Under the pieces are notes generated by a model that was not told the DNA's origin, did no database searches, and saw only the letters and a list, made by a program, of their open reading frames with translations. From an uncultured Parachlamydiaceae bacterium (GTDB lineage: Bacteria > Chlamydiota > Chlamydiia > Chlamydiales > Parachlamydiaceae): a DNA stretch of 64,000 bases. Positions within the stretch are counted from its first letter, which is position 1, and each line of letters starts with the position of its first letter. The DNA lies in the NCBI GenBank assembly GCA_963742415.1, contig CAVULX010000003.1, positions 672,001 to 736,000 on the forward strand, in the 5' to 3' direction. Below, in pieces: positions 17,701 to 25,627 of the stretch. Both the position numbers and the translations under genes were made by a program.

Positions 17701-20215
17701 CGATTCGTTAGGGAATGTGACTATTTCTGTCAAAGATGCTTTGGGGCGGATTGTCAAAACGGAACGAAAAAATCCTTACGGGATCATAAATCAAAAGAAG
17801 GAAAACTTCTACGATCAGGCGGGGCATTTGGAATACCTGGTTGAAACGTTGTTCACACAAAATCTTGAAGTAGTAGATCAGGTCAAAACCCGTTGGATAT
17901 ATAATTCTAAAGGGCAATTAGCTTCCTTGATAGAAGCCGAAGGCACTTCTTTAGAAAAGCGGACGGGCTATGCATACAACGGTTTTGGTCAAAAAGAAAA
18001 AGATCTCAAGCCTGATGGGAGTTCGATCGAATATTTTTATGACCCATACGGCCGCTTGTCCGAGCGGAAAAGCTCAGATAGTACGATTCATGAATTGTAT
18101 AGCTATAATTCCCAACACAATCTCACCAAAGTGGAAGATCTTGTCTCTGGGCTGATCTCCTTAAAGGATTATGATGAAAATGGTTGGCTGACCCGTGAAC
18201 AACTCGGCAATGGTCTTGTTCTCCAGCATACCTATGACCCCCTGGGACGCCCTGTTTCGACTTTACTGCCGGATGGATCGGAAATCAATTACATCTACGA
18301 TGCTTGTCGAATGAAGGGGATCCACCGGAAAGATGTTCTTGGCAACATCCTGTATGTTCACACTTATGAGTCCTACGATTTGTCGGGTCATCCTACATCA
18401 GCCCAAATGATCGGAAATGCAGGTCAAATCCATTGGAACTATGACATCTTAGGAAGATTGCAAAGCATTGAAACGCCCCATTGGACAGAAAAAATGACCC
18501 TTTACGATGCCATGAGCAATCTGATCGAACGAAGCATCGAAGATCGGTCTGAAGTCGCATCTACCCAATATAGCTACGATGATCTGTACCAATTAAAAAG
18601 TGAACAGGGTCCTATCCAGCATCAGTATACACACGATTCCAGGTTCAACCGAACGTCAAAAGATGGTCAAAGCTACAGTGTCAATGTGTTAAATCAACTG
18701 ACGTCGGATGGAGAATGGCAATATGAGTATGACGCTTGCGGCCGGATGAGCGTTAAAAAATCGGCAAATGGGACATTTAGCTATGGATATGATGCTTTAG
18801 ACCGATTGACCACATTAACGTGCGGTAACGACCGGTATCAGTATATTTACGATTCTGAGAATCGCAGGATCAGCAAAGAACACTATGTCCAGGGTGGAAA
18901 TGGCCTCTGGCAACTGATGTCGAAGGTGAACTTTTTTTACGATGGGCAAAACGAAATTGGGGCTTGTGATACATCGGGTGCTATCGTGGAATTGAGAATA
19001 TTGGGAGAGGGAAAAGGGGCTGAAATTGGAGCTGCTATTGCGATTGAAATAGGGGATCAGACCTATGCTCCGCTGCATGATCACAACGGTAACGTGATGG
19101 GTTTGATCGACAGCCAAAGCGGGCAAGTTTTAGAGACCTATCAATATACCGCTTTTGGCCAACAAGAAAGCACCCCTTCGCTATATAATCCTTGGAGATT
19201 TTCGAGCAAACGGCATGATGAAGAAAGCGGCCTCATCTATTTTGGAAGAAGATATTACGATCCCGCTATCGGCCGTTGGATTACTCCCGATCCGATAGGC
19301 TTTGATGGAGGGCCCAACTTATATGCCTATGTATTAAACAATCCTCTTACTCATATCGACTTATATGGTTTAGAAGAGGCCATCGAAACAATCACCCGCC
19401 ATGAAGAAAACCGTTCGAACAATGTTTTTGCAAGAATATACCGAGGATTAGGGAGATTTCTTCGAACCCTTGGCGATCATGCGATTCCAATACCCTATGT
19501 GCACGACGGTATTTCCTACTTAGGCCATCGGATGGCAGGAGGAACACATAAAAACTTCCGCCCGATCTGCCGAAATGGGCCTTCCCGTTATCACCACTTG
19601 CATAAGCCTGAGCTGTTTGACTCAGTGCGCATCATTTATGTAAATGGGATGTTAAATAACAAACACGATTGCTATGGAGGAGCTGAATTTATTTCAAAAT
19701 GCTATGGAGATACAAATGTGCATTACTTGTTCAATACTTCACATGGTTTCAGTTTAGATGTAGGAGAAATCATGCTTCAAAAGTTAGGATTTAGAACCCG
19801 TGTTGTGGATATGCTGGTAAAAAATATTCAGACGCATATCCGCTCTTTAGGTGGCGTAAAAAGTGACGGATGTATTATATTGTATGGGTCTAGTCAAGGT
19901 GGATTGGTCATAAAAAACGCTTTAAAGCATTTGACTCCTGCCCAGCGCCACATGATTTCTGTAGTTACGTTAGGCTCTGCTTCGCTGATTACGGGTAAGG
20001 ACTTGAAAAGCTATAGAAATTATGTAAATTCTTGCGATCCGATCCCTATTTTTGGGGACCCATTAGGCTTTGTCAAAGGGATGATTACAGGAGATGGATT
20101 TCATATCTTGAAATCAAAATCCTCTTGGTTCGATCATTCGATCGATAGTGAAAATTATCGTTCTGTAATAAGAACTCAAGGCTTTGAATTTATGAAGGAG
20201 CAAGGAAACAAATAA
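14741..20215 (+). CDS. Rhs/YD-repeat polymorphic toxin with Sec signal peptide and C-terminal alpha/beta-hydrolase (DUF687-like) tip
   Basis: MSKLIFTLIFLFSSPLFGA leader; VNVITGDY...LQRFYSS...GWSFNH (DUF6531-like); many YDxxG repeats; core end RYYDP...PDPIG...NLYAYV.NNPLTHIDLYGL; 280-aa tip with GSSQG, DPIP and DHS. Confidence 0.92.
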   Translation: MSKLIFTLIFLFSSPLFGANSPADSYKMPDSLSNMEGIPSSFAYGCVNVITGDYVDGETDIALPGIDPLTLQRFYSSSSGARDLSGIGWSFNHHGYVSAHVLEETENYSQYGYDFCDHRGSKMHFIQDRMDYDNQRPDIKIDETVFSKGVTNCGGGEISGRTNLKNIRLYHGNHDLHATDGSGTDYRFQKFKNIHRVRKIDRVKLPSFNRIVYGYDEKSETLKSIKMINRGGSIISSLNISKVKDVEKEECTKVTSSDGKEVKYKFIDKKQTKLLVSSNFSAPLVYLYAKDEKQNPIHKIIRKELPEGRYKNIQYFGKKDKTLIRGRVESIQEPAGTDQTLVTTASFTYELDPDRCPYSRKYSGKTHVLDALQHKTTYAFNNEERLTSILRHDKNNRVYTQEDLYWRNKKFPENTYLAGRSLKTGSGLTLFSIHFDYNQNGNIICQTLYGNLKGNNQEPLLMDDSGIPKNKANSDEHKVSYTYTGGGRNLMTSETHATYKVVYKYHKEQDDLLAKFILADGSIRKRHFYAYDCNGAITREIVDDGNTQNVHNLSGVTERQIKHIVNTLNNPSGLPEIITEAYLDLQTQQEVILRKTRNSYDIQGNMISQEVFGADQKHAYTLYWEYDVRGNVTKEIDALGQVSTKRYDANNNFIYEQGPCLEYHHEYAYDFMDRMIRKEKVANDGTRCAETYRYDVLGNKIASTDRHGNETQYHYDEFNRLTSTLLPPIALASGEIVRPSIMQEYDPLGNITVQRTANEQTRKSYTIGGKPYLIDHADGTQERFQYLANGDLKRAYAKNGTLTVYFHDYQSRPVKISTYAASGELIAEKTYVYNAFHLLNEVDESGLITTYRYDGAGRLIETRKGSQRTEQFYDALGRAMETHEYAEEGRYISKIKVLDLLNKMVEERTEDEQGRVANQINYIYDADGNVSQTITYNQAGASTVTIRYNIFKDPIEVINAKGDRIFTTYDYFYKNNLNQRVCCSQMTDSLGNVTISVKDALGRIVKTERKNPYGIINQKKENFYDQAGHLEYLVETLFTQNLEVVDQVKTRWIYNSKGQLASLIEAEGTSLEKRTGYAYNGFGQKEKDLKPDGSSIEYFYDPYGRLSERKSSDSTIHELYSYNSQHNLTKVEDLVSGLISLKDYDENGWLTREQLGNGLVLQHTYDPLGRPVSTLLPDGSEINYIYDACRMKGIHRKDVLGNILYVHTYESYDLSGHPTSAQMIGNAGQIHWNYDILGRLQSIETPHWTEKMTLYDAMSNLIERSIEDRSEVASTQYSYDDLYQLKSEQGPIQHQYTHDSRFNRTSKDGQSYSVNVLNQLTSDGEWQYEYDACGRMSVKKSANGTFSYGYDALDRLTTLTCGNDRYQYIYDSENRRISKEHYVQGGNGLWQLMSKVNFFYDGQNEIGACDTSGAIVELRILGEGKGAEIGAAIAIEIGDQTYAPLHDHNGNVMGLIDSQSGQVLETYQYTAFGQQESTPSLYNPWRFSSKRHDEESGLIYFGRRYYDPAIGRWITPDPIGFDGGPNLYAYVLNNPLTHIDLYGLEEAIETITRHEENRSNNVFARIYRGLGRFLRTLGDHAIPIPYVHDGISYLGHRMAGGTHKNFRPICRNGPSRYHHLHKPELFDSVRIIYVNGMLNNKHDCYGGAEFISKCYGDTNVHYLFNTSHGFSLDVGEIMLQKLGFRTRVVDMLVKNIQTHIRSLGGVKSDGCIILYGSSQGGLVIKNALKHLTPAQRHMISVVTLGSASLITGKDLKSYRNYVNSCDPIPIFGDPLGFVKGMITGDGFHILKSKSSWFDHSIDSENYRSVIRTQGFEFMKEQGNK

Positions 20216-20721
20216 TGAAATTAATATCTGTTTTTTTATTATTGCTGGTTTTTAATCTAGCTTGCACTGTTATGTCAAACGACCAAAGTATTGCCCATTC
20301 TGTAATGCATTCGTTTGGTGAACAACAAACTAAAACTAATGGGTTGACTCTTTTAGGTCTTGGAGGATCGTTTTATGACAAAGTATCTATACTTGATCTT
20401 CATTTCTATTCAGATCGAGCTTTAACTGTGGAACAAGTTCGAGGACTTTACATTTCTTCCACTCAGCAGTTGTTGCAAATGGTCAACACCAATTGTAAAA
20501 TTCGACCTTATTTAAGAAATTATCCATTCAATGAAAATAATTTAAAATTTTCTATATCCTTTTATTCTAAAGATAATGGTTTCTTAGAATATCCTGCCGT
20601 AGCGCATGTTTTTCTTCTCAACGGTAAAATTAGCTATAACTATTACAACAACAAAGAGCAGAAGTTTATCGATGGTCCTATTGAAAGCTATGCGGATGCG
20701 CTAAAAATTGTAGGACGTTGA
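20215..20721 (+). CDS. Predicted lipoprotein, candidate Rhs immunity protein
   Basis: TAATG coupling to rhs; MKLISVFLLLLVFNLAC lipoprotein-like signal; 168 aa. Confidence 0.7.
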   Translation: MKLISVFLLLLVFNLACTVMSNDQSIAHSVMHSFGEQQTKTNGLTLLGLGGSFYDKVSILDLHFYSDRALTVEQVRGLYISSTQQLLQMVNTNCKIRPYLRNYPFNENNLKFSISFYSKDNGFLEYPAVAHVFLLNGKISYNYYNNKEQKFIDGPIESYADALKIVGR

Positions 20722-21092
20722 TTTTCAGATATTCCTGAACAGATTTTGCAGTCTTTATGCGATGATGAGCTTGCCGTGAAAAAAAGTAGACCATAAAAAG
20801 TCTCTTTTTCAATAACTATGCTTATAAACATAATGTTTTGCTGCATAGTTATTGGAAAGAGACGAAATTCATCAATCGCCAATTCAAAATGAAGTCATCA
20901 ATGCTTTGAAATGATGCTCCACATTGAGCAAGCAATTTTAAAAGCAGCAGTACGGATGTTCTGAAAATGGTCGGGCGGTGAATTTTCAATGCTTGCATAT
21001 TTGATTAAAAAGCTTGATAAAATTTCTGGTATATAATCTTCTGAGAAAAGTTGGTGATCCGCAATTCGTGGTATGTAAGGGGAATAAAAAGA

Positions 21093-22079
21093 ATGCTGCC
21101 AGATTCGAAATATCCTTTTGATGTATCTATAATTATTGTCTCTTTTAATACGAGAGATCTTTTGCGAAAATGCCTTCAAAGCATTATCCAGGAAGCTGCA
21201 CAGACAAAGCACGAAATTATTGTTATCGACAATGCTTCTAAGGATCATTCTGCAGAAATGGTAGCACAAGAATTTCCTGAGGTCAGACTGATACGCAGCG
21301 ATGTCAATTTGGGGTTTGGAGTTGCAAATAATGCTGCCATCAAAATGGCTCAAGGTCAATATATCCTTTTGCTTAATTCAGATGCTTTTCTCCACGAAAG
21401 GGCGTTAGAAAAAGCCTTGCACAACATTAGCACCGAACCTCGTGTAGGCATAGGTGGAGGAAGGCTTGTGGGTCCTCAAGGGGAATGGCAGCCTTCCGCG
21501 AGGTTATTCCCTTCCTTTCTCAATGAATTTCTTCAGATGTCTGGGTTGGCTGCCAAATACCCAAAATCCCGTTTTTTCGGCCGATACAACCGCACATGGG
21601 ATTTTCCTGAACACTCTTGCTTAACCGATTGGATCACCGGGGCATTTGCTATCATTCCTCGAGTTGTTTTTGAAGCTGTCGGAGGTTTTGATGAGAATTT
21701 TTTCTTGTATTATGAAGAAGTGGATCTTTGCAAAAGGATCAAAGATAAAGGTTATACAGTCGCTTATTGGGGCGATGTCATCGTCACACATTTAGGTGGA
21801 GAATCCTCAAAGACAGTTAAGACAGACGCTTTTTCCAAAAAAGAAGCGATGCTTACGTTATGGAGGGTGAGAAGTGAGCTCCTTTATTTTCGGAAGCATT
21901 ATGGGTGGTTGAGCACTCTTCTCATCGCTTCTCTTGAAAAATGTTGGCATCGAGTGCGCGCTCTAAAAAATTGGAAGCATCCTGAGAAGGCGGAAGAATC
22001 CCGCCAGATCATTCACTTAATGGATCAAGCTTGGCGCGAAACCCAAGGGGGAAAGGTTTCCCCTCCCAAACCTTGGTGA
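21093..22079 (+). CDS. Glycosyltransferase family 2 (WbbL/rhamnosyltransferase-like)
   Basis: SIIIVSFN, IDNASKD, NLGFG.ANN, LLLNSD and GGFDENFFLYYEEVDLC motifs; ATG at 21093 chosen as start. Confidence 0.92.
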   Translation: MLPDSKYPFDVSIIIVSFNTRDLLRKCLQSIIQEAAQTKHEIIVIDNASKDHSAEMVAQEFPEVRLIRSDVNLGFGVANNAAIKMAQGQYILLLNSDAFLHERALEKALHNISTEPRVGIGGGRLVGPQGEWQPSARLFPSFLNEFLQMSGLAAKYPKSRFFGRYNRTWDFPEHSCLTDWITGAFAIIPRVVFEAVGGFDENFFLYYEEVDLCKRIKDKGYTVAYWGDVIVTHLGGESSKTVKTDAFSKKEAMLTLWRVRSELLYFRKHYGWLSTLLIASLEKCWHRVRALKNWKHPEKAEESRQIIHLMDQAWRETQGGKVSPPKPW

Positions 22080-22145
22080 TGGATTAGTACAGCCTAGCGT
22101 TCGCTAGCCCTTCAACATTGTCCCATGTTGTAAAAATGGGGTTTT

Positions 22146-22985
22146 TTACGCTTGAGCAATCTTCAGCGTTTGGCCGAGATTTTTTAATTTTTGCTGGGCG
22201 GTTCCAATTGCTTTTTTCTCATCTAGGCTAAGAGGTTTTACTTTTGGAATAACAACTGCGCGAACATTCGTTTCAGGAATAGCTTCGAATAATTTGATCA
22301 GTGAGCGACCATGAATTTCATCTTTGAAAAGAGATAAATTTGCTAGGGTAATACTTGAATTCCCTTTAATGATTGGAATAATGACTTTGTCCATCCCAAC
22401 TTCATCGACAATCAAGCATTGTTTTTCTTTCGAAAGATTGCATCCAATGAGATCTAAGTCATTAATATTAATGTGTTTGCTTAATATTTCGAAGGTTGAA
22501 TTAAAAACTTTAGGAAGAATATTTTTTACAGCATTTCGTTTATTTTCTTCTTCTTTCTTTTTTATCTCGTCAATCTCCGTTTGATTGGTTGCTCTAGCGT
22601 CTTGAATTGTTTTCGCTTGTCCGTGCAAGGCGGTTTGCTTGCCTTGCAATACTACAGTTCTATTTGTCATTTCATCGCTTTTGCTTTGCAAATTTGAGAA
22701 TTGATTATTTAGTTCATTTCTTTTGCCTTGCAAATCTGTAAATTGATTATTCAATTCATTTCTTTTGCCTTGTAAATCTGTAAATTGCTTATTTAATTCA
22801 TCTCTTTTGATTAAAAGCCGGCTTGTTTCTTCTCTCTGGGCAATTTGTTGCTCATTTAAGGTTTGAAGTTGAACTGAATAGCATAAGTAATCTTGTACAT
22901 TCTTCTGTAGGTTTATATTGTCTTCTTGTGTTTTATAAACAAGGTTATGTGTCGGAATATTTCCTTGACTAACTTTTGCTGTCAT
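22146..22985 (-). CDS. Coiled-coil protein with 14-aa tandem repeats, putative secreted effector
   Basis: AAGGAGAG RBS before ATG 22985; Q/N/K-rich heptad repeats. Confidence 0.75.
   Translation of the reverse strand: MTAKVSQGNIPTHNLVYKTQEDNINLQKNVQDYLCYSVQLQTLNEQQIAQREETSRLLIKRDELNKQFTDLQGKRNELNNQFTDLQGKRNELNNQFSNLQSKSDEMTNRTVVLQGKQTALHGQAKTIQDARATNQTEIDEIKKKEEENKRNAVKNILPKVFNSTFEILSKHININDLDLIGCNLSKEKQCLIVDEVGMDKVIIPIIKGNSSITLANLSLFKDEIHGRSLIKLFEAIPETNVRAVVIPKVKPLSLDEKKAIGTAQQKLKNLGQTLKIAQA
22638..22805 (-). repeat. Four 42-bp in-frame tandem repeats (fourth degenerate)
   Basis: RDELNKQFTDLQGK / RNELNNQFTDLQGK / RNELNNQFSNLQSK / SDEMTNRTVVLQGK. Confidence 0.9.
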
Positions 22986-23170
22986 TTTTGACTCTCCTTT
23001 ATTAAAACTTAACAAATAAAATCATTAATTTATCATATTTAGCATTCATATTTCTACAAAAAATTTCATAATTTGAAAAAAATTAATTGATTAGGAGGAA
23101 GAATAATAATAATTTGCTTAAAATTATTTTTTTAATTTAAAATAAAATTGTAGTTTATATTGGGTTTTTT

Positions 23171-24613
23171 ATGAATACAGATCCTTTAGCCAATAAAATA
23201 GTAAATAAAGATGCTCTTCCAATTAACATATCTGCTGAAAGCCAAGAAGATATGCCAACGTCTTTAGAACAGGAAGAAGTTAATAATGTAGCTAAACCTA
23301 TTTTCTCATCTGAGGATGAACAAGCCAGCTTAGATTTTTTTGAGCTTTCTGAGGTTTCAAATTTAGGCCCTGAGCTAGAGAGTGACTGCAGCCGACATGT
23401 TTTCTGAGTTTGCCCAGAATCAAACTGAAACTGAGCATTTAATAACTTCTAAACTTGAAATTGAAGAGGTGCTCAAACAAAAAGAGAGAGAAGTTTCCCA
23501 GCAAAGAGCAAAAATCTCTCAGGAAATTGCAGAAGTGTCCCAGCAAAAGAAGAAATAAGGCTGCAAATGGAAGATGTTTTCCAGAAACAAGTTGAGGTTA
23601 CTCGTGAGCAAGCAGGGGTGGCACAGGAAGCTACTGCGACAGAGAAAAGAATGGAAAGTGTGACCGAGCAAATACCGGTAACCGCAGAGAAAATAAAAAT
23701 TTCCGTAAAAAGTGAAGAAGAAATAGCAGTCAAGACCGAAGAGGCAGTCAAAAACAAACGGGAGGCTAAGTCTGAAATCTACAGGAATGCTGTTATTTTG
23801 GTTAAAATTACAGAGCAGGGAGTTATCTTTGACCGGGCTGATCCAGATCGGATATCGGCATTCAAAAGGATTGAGGAGAGGCAAGGAAAAAAGATAAACA
23901 CCGATTTTGGTCATCCCGGGATTTCAAGTAAAGAGCTTCATGCAATTACTAAAGATATGGCAAAACTTAGGGACAATGGAGATATCGCATTAACGGCTGA
24001 AATTTTAAACCGTTATCCTCATCTGAAAAGAGCTATTATATTAAGCGATATTCCCGAGGGCCTCAGGGATAAATTAGAGGACTTTGATTTTGATGATCTC
24101 CCTGAGGGAGTCACAGTCCGTAATTTACATGAAATGACCGAGGAAGAATATGACCAAATCGAAAAAATAGTTCGATCTTATTTGATCTATTCTATTCATA
24201 TTCAGATACTTGCAATGCAGCAGCAAGCCTTGAAAAATTCTCTAAGCCAAAATGGATCCAAAGATAATAAAAGCGAAGTCGAAACAAAACCGATTCAGGC
24301 AAAACCGCTCGACCCGCAATTGCTGCAAGAAGCCAGAGCAAAAATGGGGCAAGAGCATCTTAATAGGCGGGATCATGTAAAAGAGGTCGCCAAGGATATC
24401 ATTAGGTTTGCCATGAATATGAGGATCCTGAAAGAAGCTGGGAAAAAAAGGCAAGAAAGGATAGAAGAGCAAAAGAAACAAGAGCTAGAAAAAAAACAGC
24501 GCCACTACGATAACCTGCAGGATGATATAAAGACTGAGCGAATTAAAGAATCACAGAAAGAAGAAACCATCCTAGAAGATTTGAAAAATAAACCTCAACA
24601 AGAAGCACGTTGA
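23171..24613 (+). pseudogene. E/K/Q-rich coiled-coil protein split by two compensating frameshifts
   Basis: ORFs 23171-23407 and 23567-24613 share a frame; 23382-23555 is open in the +1 frame (VTAADMFSEFAQNQTETEHLITSKLEIEEVLKQKERE...) with matching composition. Confidence 0.65.
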
Positions 24614-24709
24614 AGTGCAGTACCTTCTCGACAACTCATTTCCGCTTGACTTAATCTATTAAAAATATATTTTACACATTTTGCAAACTTCAATTAAGAG
24701 GACCTTGTC

Positions 24710-24832
24710 ATGAAGAGTCTTGTCACTATCGACCTCGAATCGTGGGAAACTCCCGTCTCGACGACAATACAAAAAAAAGCGGTTGAAGCATTAGAAGGGG
24801 GGAAAAGCTTGAGACAGCAATATGTTGTCTAG
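24710..24832 (+). pseudogene. 5' stub resembling the N-terminus of Kdo hydroxylase (KdoO family)
   Basis: AAGAGG RBS; MKSLVTIDLESWETPVSTTIQKKAVEALEGGK, then unrelated SLRQQYVV*. KdoO proteins begin with a similar I...W...ALExGK segment. Confidence 0.55.
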
Positions 24833-24927
24833 CAATATTGTTAGGTGCTATTCATTTATCTTTTTAAAACCTATCCTGAGATTATTTGATGCTTTAAAAA
24901 AAATAAACATATTAACCTAGAAAATTT

Positions 24928-25356
24928 TCAAAGTCTCGAAAGATGCTGTTCTAGGATTGTGATTGCTCTCTCTTTATCAAAAATGTAGTCAAATTTAGCT
25001 TGATCAGCAAGAATTGCTTTACCAATTAAACTTATTTCATCTCGTGAAGCTAATCTCATTGAAATAGATGATTCTAATTTTGAATCAATTAAAGCACAAT
25101 TGCGTGGTACTTCTTTTGGTTTTAGCAGCCTTTTCATCTCATAACCTTCTTCTCCACAGCTCCAATCTCTCGCAGGCTTGTCAATATAACCAAACTGAAT
25201 TGATTCATCTTCCGGAACAAATCCTTTGGAGGCATCTAAATAATATGAATTCGTCTTATAAGCAACGACACTTCCAGCGAATGGAGTTACATCCTTCCAA
25301 GAATTAATTGGTTGCATTTCTGAACTTCTTACTGTTAAATCAACAGAAAACGACAT
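24928..25356 (-). CDS. Hypothetical protein
   Basis: 142-aa ORF with an AAGGAGAG RBS. Confidence 0.75.
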   Translation of the reverse strand: MSFSVDLTVRSSEMQPINSWKDVTPFAGSVVAYKTNSYYLDASKGFVPEDESIQFGYIDKPARDWSCGEEGYEMKRLLKPKEVPRNCALIDSKLESSISMRLASRDEISLIGKAILADQAKFDYIFDKERAITILEQHLSRL

Positions 25357-25384
25357 ATAACTCTCCTTTAAAAAAATTAAGATT

Positions 25385-25554
25385 GCGGTGCACTAGCGGT
25401 GCAACGAATGACCTATCTTACCATTCAAACCCGTTAAATTCCAGTAGCATTTTAGGCATAAATGCCTTATCATCTTGCTCATAGCGGCTGGATGGTATTG
25501 GGTTTTAGGGCAGACCACCGCCCTCATAATCCGTTGTTCTCGGAATCAAATTCC
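25385..25554 (+). mobile_element. Possible decayed att site: degenerate tRNA(CAU) 3' fragment plus arm-type-like direct repeats
   Basis: gcggtgca direct repeat with 11-bp period (25385, 25396); ctcataatccgttgttctcggaatcaaattcc (25523-25554) resembles the anticodon loop to T-arm of a CAU tRNA. Confidence 0.4.
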
Positions 25555-25627
25555 ATTTTGTTTTTCTATAATTTCGGTTACGATTCCTAAGTGTCTTTTG
25601 TCTTCAAAAATTCCTTACGTATGAATG

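Noticed and set aside
22638..22805. 42-bp repeats as a CRISPR array
   Set aside because: Contiguous, in-frame coding repeats without unique spacers; no cas genes.
25500..25560. A functional tRNA gene
   Set aside because: No acceptor stem or D-arm and the TTC loop is degenerate; kept only as a possible att scar.
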